A DNA stretch of 64,000 nucleotides from Candidatus Izemoplasmatales bacterium (GTDB lineage: Bacteria > Bacillota_I > Bacilli_A > Izemoplasmatales > Hujiaoplasmataceae). Positions 29,349-40,426 of the stretch are shown piece by piece. The stretch spans positions 88,114-152,113 of the forward strand of contig JBFXGX010000002.1 of the NCBI GenBank assembly GCA_050177605.1, in the 5' to 3' direction. Each line of letters opens with the position of its first letter. The first letter of the stretch is position 1. Both the position numbers and the translations under genes were made by a program. The notes below the pieces were generated by a model that saw nothing but the letters and a program-made list of their open reading frames with translations, was not told where the DNA came from and made no database searches.

Positions 29349-29659
29349 TGAATAAACAACGAACGCTTCAAAATATTGGACTTGCAATGCGTGCAAAGGC
29401 ACTAATAACGGGTGAAGAGTTTTCGCTCATTGAAATAAAAAAGAAGTCCGCTTATCTCGTTTTTTTAGCGAGCGATGCGGGGGTTAATACAACTAAACGT
29501 ATTACAGATAAATGTCTTTTTTATGAAGTGCCACTCATTACAGACTTTACTTCCGAGGAAATCAATAAAGCCATCGGAAAAGAAAATCGTAAAGTAGTTA
29601 CCATTACTAGTCAAAAATTCGCGAAGTTGCTGAAGGAATCACTTAACGAAATTTTATAG
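29348..29659 (+). CDS. ylxQ: L7Ae-family protein YlxQ
   Basis: GLAMRAKALITGE, LVFLASDAG, AIGKENR; position before infB. Confidence 0.9.
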   Translation: MNKQRTLQNIGLAMRAKALITGEEFSLIEIKKKSAYLVFLASDAGVNTTKRITDKCLFYEVPLITDFTSEEINKAIGKENRKVVTITSQKFAKLLKESLNEIL

Positions 29660-29673
29660 AAAGAGGTGGTACA

Positions 29674-31515
29674 ATGGCTAACAAACCAACAACCAAAAAG
29701 AAACCGAATTTTTCTGGGAAAAAACCATTTGAAAAAGGTGTAACTCCTCCGAAAAAAGAGCCAGAAATCATTGATAAAACAGTATACTACAATTCATCAA
29801 TGACGGTTCTAGAATTAGCCGAAGCATTACATCGCCCTGTCGCGGATGTAATCAAAAAAATGATGTTCATGAGAATTATGGCATCGCAAACCCAAACCGT
29901 AGATCGTGAGATTGCAGAACTTGTGGCTCTTGATTATGGATTTGAATTAAAAGATGAAGTATTAACGGATATGACAAGATTCGAAGAAATCGAAGTCATC
30001 GATGATCCAAAAGATTTAGTTGAAAGACCAGCAGTTGTCACTATCATGGGGCATGTCGACCATGGAAAAACAACTCTTCTTGACAATATAAGACATTCTC
30101 GTGTTGTCTTTTCAGAAGCTGGTGGAATCACACAACATATTGGAGCGTACCAAGTTATCCGTCACGGAAAACCTATTACTTTTATCGATACACCAGGACA
30201 TGCTGCATTTACTGAAATGCGTGCACGTGGTGCAAAAATCACGGATATCGTCATTTTAGTTGTTGCTGCGGATGATGGCGTGATGCCTCAAACAAAAGAA
30301 GCACTTGACCATGCAAAAGCATCCAATGCTTCCATTATTGTTGCTGTCAACAAAATGGATAAAGTCGGGGCTAATCCAGATCGAGTTAAACAAGAACTTG
30401 CCGACCTTGGATTATTACCGGATGATTGGGGCGGCGAGACACCGTTCTGTAATATCTCGGCTTTAAAAGGAACAGGTGTCGACAATTTACTTGATACAAT
30501 TCAATTAGTCTCTGAAATGATGGAACTAAAAGCAAATCCAAAAAGAAATGCAATTGGTACTGTCATTGAAGCTAAACTTGATAAAGGTCGCGGACCAGTC
30601 GCTACAATATTAATCTCGAACGGTAGTTTACGAGTCGGAGACACCTTTGTAGTAGGGTCAACGTATGGGAAAATTCGTGCAATGACAGATGACCTTGGAA
30701 GAACTATTCAAGTTGCTTCTCCTGGAGCTGCCGTTGAAATCATTGGATTAAATGATGTTCCAATGGCCGGAGATCCATTCATGGTTTTTGACGATGAAAA
30801 AATGACAAGAGACATTGCTCAAAAGCGTGGAGACAGAGCTCAATCTGAAGAACATGCTTCCAAAAAGATGATTACACTTGAAGAATTCTTTGAAAAAGCA
30901 GAAGGTTCAACCAAAGAACTCAGATTAATTATTAAAGCGGATACCCAAGGATCCATTGAAGCATTCAAAGGATCCATTGAGAAGATTAATATTGAAGGAA
31001 CCAAAATCAATATCGTGCGTACTGGTGTAGGTCAAGTTACAGATACTGACGTATCACTTGCTGAAGCATCCAGTGCAATCATTATTGGATTTGATGTATT
31101 AACCCCTGCTAATGTTAGAGATACTGCCGAATCAAAAGGTGTCGAAGTCAGAGAATATCGTATTATCTATGAAGCACTGAATGATATTGAAGCCGCAATG
31201 AAAGGTTTACTAGATCCAGTATTCGAAAAACAAACGATTGGAGAAGCTGTCGTTAGAGAAACATTCTCTATTTCAAAAGTGGGTACGATTGCAGGATGTA
31301 TGGTGACTTCTGGAAATATTAAAAGAGACGCCTTAGTCAAACTATTCAGAAATGGAAAAGTCATTTTTGAGGGCAAAATAGCATCCTTAAAACGTTTCAA
31401 AGATGATGTCAAAGAAGTTCGCCAAGGATTTGATTGTGGCATTATGATTGAAAATTATAATGACATCAAAGTCGATGACGTTATTGAAGCATCCTTAATG
31501 AAAGAAGTGGAATAA
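29674..31515 (+). CDS. infB: Translation initiation factor IF-2
   Basis: [33 protein letters not shown]. Confidence 0.97.
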   Translation: MANKPTTKKKPNFSGKKPFEKGVTPPKKEPEIIDKTVYYNSSMTVLELAEALHRPVADVIKKMMFMRIMASQTQTVDREIAELVALDYGFELKDEVLTDMTRFEEIEVIDDPKDLVERPAVVTIMGHVDHGKTTLLDNIRHSRVVFSEAGGITQHIGAYQVIRHGKPITFIDTPGHAAFTEMRARGAKITDIVILVVAADDGVMPQTKEALDHAKASNASIIVAVNKMDKVGANPDRVKQELADLGLLPDDWGGETPFCNISALKGTGVDNLLDTIQLVSEMMELKANPKRNAIGTVIEAKLDKGRGPVATILISNGSLRVGDTFVVGSTYGKIRAMTDDLGRTIQVASPGAAVEIIGLNDVPMAGDPFMVFDDEKMTRDIAQKRGDRAQSEEHASKKMITLEEFFEKAEGSTKELRLIIKADTQGSIEAFKGSIEKINIEGTKINIVRTGVGQVTDTDVSLAEASSAIIIGFDVLTPANVRDTAESKGVEVREYRIIYEALNDIEAAMKGLLDPVFEKQTIGEAVVRETFSISKVGTIAGCMVTSGNIKRDALVKLFRNGKVIFEGKIASLKRFKDDVKEVRQGFDCGIMIENYNDIKVDDVIEASLMKEVE

Positions 31516-31516
31516 T

Positions 31517-31849
31517 ATGGCAAAAGTAGATCGTATTGAGACGCTTATTCAACGTGTGATTGCCGATGAAGTCATGAATCATGTGAAAGATAATGTTGGA
31601 TTCATTACAATCACTGGCGTAAGAGTCACTAATGAGTTATCATTTATGTACGCATATTATACTGTTCTTGGTGATGAACGTAATATCAAAGAAACTGAAG
31701 TTGCTTTAGAAAGAGCGAAAGGTTTCATCAAAAACCAAGTCGCAAGACGTGTAAAAATGAGAAAAGTTCCTGAACTTGTATTCAAATACGATGATTCCTA
31801 TAAAAAGGGACTTGCAGTCGATAAAATCATAAAATCAATTAAAGAATAA
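31517..31849 (+). CDS. rbfA: Ribosome-binding factor A
   Basis: ITITGVRVT, MRKVPELVFKYD; follows infB. Confidence 0.93.
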   Translation: MAKVDRIETLIQRVIADEVMNHVKDNVGFITITGVRVTNELSFMYAYYTVLGDERNIKETEVALERAKGFIKNQVARRVKMRKVPELVFKYDDSYKKGLAVDKIIKSIKE

Positions 31850-31879
31850 GACTTTAGATTTCTAAAGTCTTTCTTTTTT
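31848..31879 (+). terminator. Intrinsic terminator after rbfA
   Basis: AAGACTTTAG-attt-CTAAAGTCTT followed by a T-rich tract. Confidence 0.75.
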
Positions 31880-31887
31880 CTCTTTAC

Positions 31888-31916
31888 TTGAATCGTACAC
31901 TCATAATTGTTATAAT
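31888..31916 (+). promoter_or_regulatory. sigmaA promoter of uvrC
   Basis: TTGAAT-17-TATAAT with TG extension. Confidence 0.75.
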
Positions 31917-31928
31917 TGAGGAGGTGGT

Positions 31929-33695
31929 ATGATGAATGAAATAATTAAGCAAAAATTATCAACCTTACCTGATTTGCCTGGTAGCTATCAAATGCTCGAT
32001 CGTTATGGTCACATTATCTATGTTGGTAAGGCTAAAAACTTAAAAAATCGTGTTCGTTCGTATTTTGTGGGAAGCCATGATCAAAAAACCCAAAATTTAG
32101 TGTCGAACATTGAAGATTTTACCTATATTGTTACCTCTTCTGAATTAGAGGCTTTTTTGCTTGAATTATCACTGATTAAGCAACATGCACCGAAATACAA
32201 TATTATGCTCATGGATGACAAGAGTTATCCTTATATCGAAGTGACAAATGAAGCCTATCCAAAACTAATCATCACTCGAAAACCAAATAAAAAAGCACTT
32301 TTACAATATGGGCCATTTCCTGATGTATCAAGCGCAAGAGACACAGTTCAGCTTCTTGATAGGATATTTCCTTTAAGAAAATGTCAAACCTTACCAAAAA
32401 AGGTTTGTTTATATTACCATATGGGGCAATGTCTAGGCCCTTGTGAATTTGAAGTATCAAAAGAGGATTATCAAGAAGTGATTCATCAAATAAAAGAGTT
32501 TATGTCAGGAAACAGTAAAGAAATTATCGATGATTTAAAAAAGAAGATGTTGAAGTATTCGGATGAATTAGCATTTGAAAAAGCAAAAGAAATGAAAGAT
32601 ATTCTTGAATCCATTGATAAAACAGTAAAGAAGCAACAAGTTATTTTTAAAGATATGAAGAACAGAGATATCATCACCTATCATAGTTATGATGATTATA
32701 TTAGTATCTGTACTTTGTTTATGAGACAAGGAAAGATTATTTTCTCGGAAAATCATTTATTTAATTCGCAAGAATCTGTCGAAGATGCATTTGTTTCCTA
32801 TGTTGGTCAATATTATCAACGCAGAGTGGTTCCAAAGGAAATTTTACTTCCTTTTGGGCTGGATTATACGGTCTTAGAAAATATGATTGATTCTACGATT
32901 CTAACGCCACAACGAGGAGATAAACTTGCACTCCTTCAGATGGCTGAGGAAAATGCCAAAATTTATCTTCAAAATAATATCGAAACTTTCCTCAAAAAAC
33001 ATGACAAAACAATTGGTGCCGTAAAAGAATTGGCTTCTGTTTTAGGACTTGAAAAGATCAGAAGAATTGATACCTTTGATAACTCCAATATGATGGGGAA
33101 ACACCCTGTTTCAGCGATGGTCGTCTTTATTGATGGATTACCAGCAAAGAAGGAATATCGAAAATATCTAGTCAAAACAGTCGATAAGGCTGATGATTAC
33201 CACACGATGCAAGAAGTCTTGTATCGTCGCTATCAACGAATGCTTGTGGAACAAAGTGAGCGACCTGATTTAATCATCATGGATGGAGGAATTACGCAGG
33301 TACATGCTGCAAAAGACATTTTAGCCAGTCTGTATTTGGACATTCCAATCATCGGTCTCAAAAAGGATGAAAGGCATCATACATCAGTTCTTTTTAATCT
33401 ACAAGAAGAGGATGTACTTTTAGATAAGCATTCTAATCTCTTTTTCTTTCTATCAAAGATTCAAGAAGAGGTACATCGTTTTGCGATTACTTTTTATCGG
33501 AGTAAACATCAAGACCAAATTTATGCTTCCATTCTTGATGCAATCCCCGAGATTGGAAAAGCCACGAAGCAAAAATTATTGCTTGAGCTGAAAACAATTG
33601 AAAATATCAAAAATGCAAGCGAAGATCAACTGAAATCGCTTGGACTAAATAAAAAGCAAATTGAAAATCTAAAAATAGCGTTAATTCAAAAATAA
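31929..33695 (+). CDS. uvrC: Excinuclease ABC subunit C
   Basis: GIY-YIG IYVGKAKNLKNRV, Cys cluster CLYYHMGQCLGPC, FDNS, DLIIMDGG, EVHRFAI, HhH. Confidence 0.96.
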   Translation: MMNEIIKQKLSTLPDLPGSYQMLDRYGHIIYVGKAKNLKNRVRSYFVGSHDQKTQNLVSNIEDFTYIVTSSELEAFLLELSLIKQHAPKYNIMLMDDKSYPYIEVTNEAYPKLIITRKPNKKALLQYGPFPDVSSARDTVQLLDRIFPLRKCQTLPKKVCLYYHMGQCLGPCEFEVSKEDYQEVIHQIKEFMSGNSKEIIDDLKKKMLKYSDELAFEKAKEMKDILESIDKTVKKQQVIFKDMKNRDIITYHSYDDYISICTLFMRQGKIIFSENHLFNSQESVEDAFVSYVGQYYQRRVVPKEILLPFGLDYTVLENMIDSTILTPQRGDKLALLQMAEENAKIYLQNNIETFLKKHDKTIGAVKELASVLGLEKIRRIDTFDNSNMMGKHPVSAMVVFIDGLPAKKEYRKYLVKTVDKADDYHTMQEVLYRRYQRMLVEQSERPDLIIMDGGITQVHAAKDILASLYLDIPIIGLKKDERHHTSVLFNLQEEDVLLDKHSNLFFFLSKIQEEVHRFAITFYRSKHQDQIYASILDAIPEIGKATKQKLLLELKTIENIKNASEDQLKSLGLNKKQIENLKIALIQK

Positions 33696-33754
33696 AATCA
33701 AGGAAATGTGAATTAATTACCTCAGTTTGTGTTAAAATATTAAAAGGTGATGTT

Positions 33755-34657
33755 ATGGCACAGTATATATACGGATTACTACATGGCGTAGATGAAAAAT
33801 CACGAATTATAGCGATGAAAGACAAACAAAAAGTATCTTTTTATTATATGGCAAAAGGACTATTCCAAAGTTTTATGCAATATTTTCAAGAAGGTATCTA
33901 CGTGTTTCTATACGTAAGTGAGGACACAAAAAAATATAAAGGGTATACCGTTAAAACGGTTGTAAGCATTGAAAAAGTGTTATCGCCAAATAAACAAAAT
34001 CCAACCGTTTATTATGATATATCGATTATTAAGTCCGGCATTTCATCGATTGTGAATCAGCCGAAATATAAATGTTTCTTAGATTTTGAAATGTCAATGC
34101 CACCTTATAAAAACTACGAAACGTTTATTTCCGAGATTATTCAAGTTGGTCTTGTATTAACGGATAATGATGGATTGATAATTGATGAAGTCAATCATTT
34201 CATCCAACCCGTTTTATTCAAAGATATCTCTGAAAGAACAAAACGATTCTTATCAATCAATCAAGAGGATATCAATCAGGGAATTACTTACGCTGAATTT
34301 TATTCCTATTTTCAAAAGATCCTTAAAGAGTATAAGCCGATGGTTCTTGTTTGGGGTCAAAATGATCAAATTGAATTAAGAAAAATGAATAAGATTCACA
34401 ATCTTCCAGACTATACCTCCAAAACACAGTTTGTTGATTTGCTAAAGCTTCATAAAACGTATTACGGATTAAAAAATGATTTAGGATTATTTAATGCGTA
34501 TAACCTATATAAAGAGGTTGATTTGACAAAACAGATGCATAATGCGCTCGAAGACGCCTATGTAACGAAAGAAGTATTTTTCTCGTTTAGAGATGTATGT
34601 AATGGATTAAAACAAGTAGAATTAAACAATACAATTGAAAAAGCGAACGAAGTGTAG
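33755..34657 (+). CDS. DEDDh 3'-5' exonuclease (KapD/ERI-like) with about 100-aa N-terminal extra domain
   Basis: FLDFEM (ExoI), EIIQVG, WGQND (ExoII), HNALEDA (ExoIII). Confidence 0.8.
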   Translation: MAQYIYGLLHGVDEKSRIIAMKDKQKVSFYYMAKGLFQSFMQYFQEGIYVFLYVSEDTKKYKGYTVKTVVSIEKVLSPNKQNPTVYYDISIIKSGISSIVNQPKYKCFLDFEMSMPPYKNYETFISEIIQVGLVLTDNDGLIIDEVNHFIQPVLFKDISERTKRFLSINQEDINQGITYAEFYSYFQKILKEYKPMVLVWGQNDQIELRKMNKIHNLPDYTSKTQFVDLLKLHKTYYGLKNDLGLFNAYNLYKEVDLTKQMHNALEDAYVTKEVFFSFRDVCNGLKQVELNNTIEKANEV

Positions 34658-34675
34658 ACTCGTTCGCTTTCTTTT
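34638..34675. terminator. Probable bidirectional terminator between the exonuclease gene and rnj
   Basis: AAAGCGAACGA-9nt-TCGTTCGCTTT flanked by A and T runs. Confidence 0.75.
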
Positions 34676-34688
34676 ATTTGTACGAATT

Positions 34689-36368
34689 TTATAATACCAT
34701 AATCACTGGCATAATCATTGGATCTCTAGATGTTTTCTGATGAATATATTTACCAATGGTTTTTGTTAAATCGTTCTTCATTCCATTGATATTTAGTTTC
34801 TTACCAACATTTAAATATTTATCTGTAACATCAAGCGCAATCTCTTGAAGATCTTTAATCATTTGCTCGTTGTCTTTCATAAAGATAAATCCTTTAGATA
34901 TGATGGTAGGTGTACAGATCACTTCTTTTCGGATTTGATTAATCGTCATTACAACGCTTAACAACCCATCTTCAGAAAGGTCACGACGGTCTTTAATGAC
35001 TTGTGAACCAATCTCACCAATGGCAGAACCATCGACATAAACATCTGCAGTTTGGACTTTGCCACTGATATGTGCTTCTTTATCTGAAATAGCTAAGATT
35101 TGACCATTATCAAGAATAAATGTATTCTCAGGCTTCACACCTGTGTCGATGCCAAGTTTAGCATGGGTTTTTAACATTCTAAACTCACCGTGTATAGGCA
35201 TAAAGTATTTTGGTCTCATCAGTTTTAACATTAACTTTAATTCGTTTTGTCCACCATGACCTGATGCGTGAACATCGGCGAATGGCGACTGAGTTACTAC
35301 ATTCGCGCCATTTTTGTATAATAAGTTAATTGTTTTATTCACACTTTCTTGATTACCAGGAATAGGTGAACTGGATAAAATAACAGTATCGCCAGGAATT
35401 AATGAGATTTGTTTGTGTGTGCCTGAAGCAATACGTGTTAACGCAGCCATCGGTTCTCCTTGAGAACCAGTACATAGAATGGTTAAATTATTGCTTTTCA
35501 TTCCCACCAAATTTTTTGAATATAGGAAGGTTCCATCTGGCGCTTTAATATATCCGAGTTTGAGCCCTACTTCAATATTCTTTTCCATGCTTCGTCCGAA
35601 GACTGCTATTTTTCGATTCGTTTTGACTGAAGCCTCGACGATTTGTTGAACACGATGGACGTTGGAAGCGAAAGTAGCGATAATAATTCGACCACTAACT
35701 GAACTAAATAAGTCTTTAATGGTTTCTGCGACTACCATCTCAGAAGTCGTAAAATCTTCAAGTTCAGCGTTGGTTGAATCAGACAATAAACAAAGAACGC
35801 CTTCTGCACCAATCGAAGCCATTTTCTGATAATTTGCATCGGTGCCAGTTGGTGAAAAATCAAACTTAAAATCGCCGGTGTGTACAATAACACCGACTGG
35901 TGTTTTCATTCGAATTCCAAAGGAATCAGGAATGGAATGATTTGTTCTAAAAAATGTTACTTGGATTTCTCCAAGTTGTAAAATGGAAGTTTCTTTATAC
36001 TCTTGTAGATTAGCTGATAAACCAGGATGGTCTTCAAGTTTATTCTTAATTAAGCCAACACTTAATCCAGAGGCGTAAATAACTGGAATCTTGACTTGTT
36101 TAAGTAAAAATGGGATCGCTCCAATATGATCCTCATGCCCATGGCTAATAACCAAGGCCTTGATTTTATCTTGATTTTCTATAAGATATGTATAATCTGG
36201 AATGACGTAATCAATCCCCATCAAATATTCATCAGGGAAAATGAGTCCGGAATCGATGATAATGAGACTTTCACCATATTCCACACAATACATGTTCTTT
36301 CCGACTTCACCTAATCCACCAAGTGCAAAAATCCCGACTTCCCCAGATTGAATAAATTGATTTTGCAT
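34689..36368 (-). CDS. rnj: Ribonuclease J
   Basis: ALGGLGEVGKN, SHGHEDHIG, HTGDFK, HASGH, PIHGEFR. Confidence 0.96.
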   Translation of the reverse strand: MQNQFIQSGEVGIFALGGLGEVGKNMYCVEYGESLIIIDSGLIFPDEYLMGIDYVIPDYTYLIENQDKIKALVISHGHEDHIGAIPFLLKQVKIPVIYASGLSVGLIKNKLEDHPGLSANLQEYKETSILQLGEIQVTFFRTNHSIPDSFGIRMKTPVGVIVHTGDFKFDFSPTGTDANYQKMASIGAEGVLCLLSDSTNAELEDFTTSEMVVAETIKDLFSSVSGRIIIATFASNVHRVQQIVEASVKTNRKIAVFGRSMEKNIEVGLKLGYIKAPDGTFLYSKNLVGMKSNNLTILCTGSQGEPMAALTRIASGTHKQISLIPGDTVILSSSPIPGNQESVNKTINLLYKNGANVVTQSPFADVHASGHGGQNELKLMLKLMRPKYFMPIHGEFRMLKTHAKLGIDTGVKPENTFILDNGQILAISDKEAHISGKVQTADVYVDGSAIGEIGSQVIKDRRDLSEDGLLSVVMTINQIRKEVICTPTIISKGFIFMKDNEQMIKDLQEIALDVTDKYLNVGKKLNINGMKNDLTKTIGKYIHQKTSRDPMIMPVIMVL

Positions 36369-36505
36369 GGGTGAATAATCCTTTCTGTTTAGACTATGAA
36401 TTGGTATAAATCTTTATTCTATTATACCTAATAGAATTCATTTATGCAATCATTCAAGCCTAAATGTATTGATTTTTTCATAAATTAAATGTAAAATAGG
36501 GCTAT

Positions 36506-36592
36506 GCCCGAGTGGCGGAATAGGTAGACGCGCTGGACTTAAAATCCAGTGTCAGCAATGACGTGCCGGTTCAAGTCCGGCCTCGGGTACCA
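36506..36592 (+). tRNA. tRNA-Leu (anticodon TAA), CCA encoded
   Basis: GCCCGAG/CTCGGGT acceptor stem, anticodon arm CTGGA-CTTAAAA-TCCAG, long variable arm, GGTTCAAGTCC; promoter TTGATT-17-TAAAAT upstream. Confidence 0.96.
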
Positions 36593-36613
36593 CTACTTCG
36601 TTTATGAGTGAAG

Positions 36614-36644
36614 AAACTAGACCTCGGATTGTCTAGTTTTTTTT
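36614..36644 (+). terminator. Terminator after tRNA-Leu
   Basis: AAACTAGAC-8nt-GTCTAGTTT followed by a T-tract. Confidence 0.8.
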
Positions 36645-36662
36645 GAAAAAGGAGGAATAAAG

Positions 36663-37028
36663 ATGCCTAGTTCATTAGCGTTAATAGACTTTTTAATCTT
36701 CTTTTTTGCTTTTCTATTTTTGTTTTCAATTCTTGCGGTTATTGCGGCAATATGGATGATGAAGCATAATATCAAAATAAGAAAGTATATTCATGAAAAT
36801 ACGGAAATAGCTTATCTTGAAGATAAGTTCGAAGATCATAAACAATATTTTTTATCGATTCGGTTGAGAAACAGTCAGTTAGTTAAAATAAAGGTAAATA
36901 AATATTGCTTTTTACATGTTGTGCCAATGAATGAAATGAAAGTATCCATACTTGACGACAAACTTCTCTTTTATGAACAAAATGTTGTTTTACCAGATGA
37001 TTTGGATACAGATGAAGAATTGTTATAA
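36663..37028 (+). CDS. Hypothetical membrane-anchored protein
   Basis: Strong RBS AGGAGG, one N-terminal hydrophobic helix, beta-rich remainder. Confidence 0.65.
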   Translation: MPSSLALIDFLIFFFAFLFLFSILAVIAAIWMMKHNIKIRKYIHENTEIAYLEDKFEDHKQYFLSIRLRNSQLVKIKVNKYCFLHVVPMNEMKVSILDDKLLFYEQNVVLPDDLDTDEELL

Positions 37029-37055
37029 GTAGCACTGAAGAAAGGAAGTGAACGT

Positions 37056-39404
37056 ATGATAGCGAAAGTATTAGTCGACGTAAGTGCAAAACAAGTCGAT
37101 CGTTTATTTGATTATGTCATACCTTCATGGATTGAACCTCTTCTAGAACGCGGAATGAGAGTTACTGTACAGTTTGGACATCGAACTGTGATGGGCTTTG
37201 TCCTCGAGATAACTGAAAATTCTGAAGAGTCACCAGATAAGTTAAAACCAATTTTATCAATCCTTGATTTTGAGCCAATGATTACTGATGAATTAATTGA
37301 ACTTGCTTATGGGATGCAAGGAAGTACGGCTTCTACACTTATCAAAATCATCGAAACGATGATACCTTCTGCTTTAAAAGCAGTCTATAAAATATCCTTT
37401 CAAGTGCTTGATGAATCAAAGCTTCCTCAAGCGTTTAAAGAGCAATTACTTGGGAAACCTACTTTTGAATACACCAAAGTGTGGGAGCCCTATTCAAAAG
37501 AAATTAAGAGATTAATTAAAGAAAATGTCATTAAACAAAATTATGATATTGTCTCTAGAAGCAATATTATTACTAAAAAATACGTCAAACTTCTAAATCC
37601 AGTTGGAGAGTTCAAAAACGATAAACAACGAAAAATTATTTCGTATTTATCAAATACGGACGAAGATATATCTGTGAAATCTTTGATTGAAAAGTTGGAT
37701 GTTTCACTTTCTATTTTGCGTACTTTAGAGAAGTATGAAAATATCGAAATTTATGACAAAGAAGAGTACCGAGAAATTAAATATGTGATGCCACCAAAGA
37801 AGAAGGAAATTATCCTGAATGAAGAACAAAACGTGGCATACCAGAAAATAATTGATTCACTACATCAGTCGCAAACATTTTTACTCCATGGAGTCACTGG
37901 ATCAGGAAAAACAGAAATCTATATTAAGGTGATAGAAAAGGTACTCGAAGAAGGCAATGAAGCACTTTTCTTAGTCCCAGAGATTGCATTAACGCCGATG
38001 ATGGTTTCTCGTTTTGAAGCACATTTTAAAGGACAGATAGCTGTTTTACATAGTGGTCTTTCGATTGGTGAGAAGTATGATGAATGGAGAAAAATTATTC
38101 GTTCAGAAGTTTCCATTGTTATTGGCGCAAGAAGTGCATGTTTCGCACCATTAAAGAAGCTCGCAGTGATGATAGTCGATGAAGCTCACGAAAGCACCTA
38201 TAAACAAGATGAAATGCCAAGTTATTATGCGATTGATGTGCTTGAACAACGATCAAAGCAACTTCATGTTCCACTAGTCCTTGGCTCTGCAACGCCTAAT
38301 ATCGAATCCTATGCAAGGTATAAACGTGGTTATTATGAATTACTTGAATTAAAAAAGAGAGCACTCAACTCGTTTGAACCAGATATCGAAATAATCGATA
38401 TGAGACAAGAGTTCAAAAAAGGTACCAAAGGTCTTTTTTCTGAAAGACTTCTGGATGAAATTAAAATCAGGCTTAATAAAAAGGAACAAGTTATTTTACT
38501 CTTGAATCGTAGAGGATATTCAAGTTTCTTAATGTGTAGAACATGTGGACATGTCATAACTTGTCCAAATTGTGATATTTCTTTAGTTCATCATGATACC
38601 GACCACACCTTAAAATGTCATTATTGTGGTCATAAAGAAGCTATACCAGAAAAGTGTCCTAAATGCGAAAGCACTGATTTGGTATATTATGGAAGTGGAA
38701 CACAAAAAGCATCGATTGAGTTGCAGACACATTTTCCTCAAGCGCACATTGTACGGATGGATAACGATACGACAAGAACGAAAAATGCTCATGAATTACT
38801 ACTCCATGAGTTTGAAGAAAAAGGAGATATCTTACTAGGTACGCAAATGATTGCGAAAGGCTTAGATTTTCCAAAAGTGACACTTGTTGGCATCTTACAA
38901 GCCGATGGTAATCTCTATTCTCCAGATTTTAGAGCACCTGAAAAAACATTTCAACTCATCATGCAAGTATCCGGTAGATCGGGAAGACATGACCTCAAAG
39001 GAAAGGTTATTGTCGAAGCCTTTAATCCAGAACATTATGCTTTGCATTACGCAGTAATGTCAGATTATAACTCCTTTTATGAATATGAAATGAGACTCCG
39101 TAAAATCTCCAGATATAGCCCTTTCTACTTTATTAATAAAATAACTTTACAAGGCGAAAATGTAAGGGATGTATTCGTAAGAGGATATGAGATTGTCAAA
39201 AACTTACGGGCTGAATTATCGAGTGAAGCAATTATTTTAGGACCAACATTACCGATTGTTTCACGAATCAAAGGGAAGTACCGGGCAGAAATATTGATCA
39301 AATATCGACAAGAGAAAATGATTGTCAGCGCCCTCAAACAAATCAAAGAAACCTATGAGACAGATCAAATCTATATTGCCATTGATATGTTTCCAGTAGT
39401 ATAG
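37056..39404 (+). CDS. priA: Primosomal protein N' (PriA)
   Basis: LHGVTGSGKTE, VDEAH, GSATP, four CxxC pairs, GTQMIAKGLDF. Confidence 0.96.
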   Translation: MIAKVLVDVSAKQVDRLFDYVIPSWIEPLLERGMRVTVQFGHRTVMGFVLEITENSEESPDKLKPILSILDFEPMITDELIELAYGMQGSTASTLIKIIETMIPSALKAVYKISFQVLDESKLPQAFKEQLLGKPTFEYTKVWEPYSKEIKRLIKENVIKQNYDIVSRSNIITKKYVKLLNPVGEFKNDKQRKIISYLSNTDEDISVKSLIEKLDVSLSILRTLEKYENIEIYDKEEYREIKYVMPPKKKEIILNEEQNVAYQKIIDSLHQSQTFLLHGVTGSGKTEIYIKVIEKVLEEGNEALFLVPEIALTPMMVSRFEAHFKGQIAVLHSGLSIGEKYDEWRKIIRSEVSIVIGARSACFAPLKKLAVMIVDEAHESTYKQDEMPSYYAIDVLEQRSKQLHVPLVLGSATPNIESYARYKRGYYELLELKKRALNSFEPDIEIIDMRQEFKKGTKGLFSERLLDEIKIRLNKKEQVILLLNRRGYSSFLMCRTCGHVITCPNCDISLVHHDTDHTLKCHYCGHKEAIPEKCPKCESTDLVYYGSGTQKASIELQTHFPQAHIVRMDNDTTRTKNAHELLLHEFEEKGDILLGTQMIAKGLDFPKVTLVGILQADGNLYSPDFRAPEKTFQLIMQVSGRSGRHDLKGKVIVEAFNPEHYALHYAVMSDYNSFYEYEMRLRKISRYSPFYFINKITLQGENVRDVFVRGYEIVKNLRAELSSEAIILGPTLPIVSRIKGKYRAEILIKYRQEKMIVSALKQIKETYETDQIYIAIDMFPVV

Positions 39405-39420
39405 CAAGGAGTGATTTAGG

Positions 39421-40356
39421 ATGAAAGTAGTATTTATGGGAACGATGAATTTTGCCGTTCCAGTATTACAAGGATTAAGTGAATTGTATCAAGTGAGTTT
39501 AGTCGTAACACAACCCGATCGGCCATTTGGAAGAAAGAAAGTATTGAAACCTACACCAGTCAAAGAAAAAGCAATGGAACTCGGAATACCTCTTTTTCAA
39601 CCAGAATCCATACGAAAAGAATATCAACGTGTTTTAGATGAAGAAGCTGACGTAATCATCGTTGCTGCCTATGGGCAAATGATACCAAGTATTATTCTTA
39701 CAACACCGAAATATCGCTGTATCAATGTCCATGCATCGCTTTTACCAAAACTAAGGGGCGGTGCACCGATGCATAAAGCAATCCAGAGAGGATTCAAGGA
39801 AACCGGTGTGACGATAATGTATATGGCGGATAAAATGGACTCCGGAGAGATTTTATCCCAAGAAGCACTACCGATTTTGGATAGTGATGATGTAGGTACA
39901 CTCGAAGAAAAATTAGCAATACTCGGAAGAGATTTATTGCTAAAGACATTGCCTTCAGTAATAGAAGGCACCATCCAAGCTACCCCACAGGACCTAAGTG
40001 AAGTTACTTTCGCCTATAACATTAAGCATGAAGAAGAACATCTTGATTTTACTCAGTCCGCGAGAGAAATCTATAATCATGTGCGAGGATATCATCCTTC
40101 ACCTCTGACGTATTTCTTGATTGATGATATACTCGTAAAAGTCTATAAAACAGCGATTGTTGATGAAATAAGTCGAGTGGACTCAATCCCAGGAGAAATC
40201 GTTGAAGTGACAAAAAAGACTGTTGTTGTCAACACAGGACAAGGAAGAATCGCATTACTAAGAATAGGCGTTTCCGGTAAGAATGTGATGGATACGGCTG
40301 CTTTTCTCTCTGGAGATAAACAAAACTTATTCCAAGTTGGAAAAGTGTTGAAATAG
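39421..40356 (+). CDS. fmt: Methionyl-tRNA formyltransferase
   Basis: FMGT, VVTQPDRP, INVHASLLP, RGGAP. Confidence 0.95.
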   Translation: MKVVFMGTMNFAVPVLQGLSELYQVSLVVTQPDRPFGRKKVLKPTPVKEKAMELGIPLFQPESIRKEYQRVLDEEADVIIVAAYGQMIPSIILTTPKYRCINVHASLLPKLRGGAPMHKAIQRGFKETGVTIMYMADKMDSGEILSQEALPILDSDDVGTLEEKLAILGRDLLLKTLPSVIEGTIQATPQDLSEVTFAYNIKHEEEHLDFTQSAREIYNHVRGYHPSPLTYFLIDDILVKVYKTAIVDEISRVDSIPGEIVEVTKKTVVVNTGQGRIALLRIGVSGKNVMDTAAFLSGDKQNLFQVGKVLK

Positions 40357-40426
40357 CTTTGATAAATAGAATCATATTATGTTATAATATGTTGTTAGAT
40401 AGTTTATATGAAAGGTGATGTTTCTA

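Noticed and set aside
30949..30980. Direct repeat GGATCCATTGA in infB
   Set aside because: A short coding repeat (GSIE...GSIE) in a conserved gene; no array or regulatory context.
31880..31928. LexA/SOS box upstream of uvrC
   Set aside because: No GAAC-N4-GTTC match; only a plain sigmaA promoter.
36506..37028. tRNA-Leu as an integration site for a mobile element
   Set aside because: No integrase, no duplicated tRNA 3' end noticed, and core genes (priA, fmt) follow almost directly.
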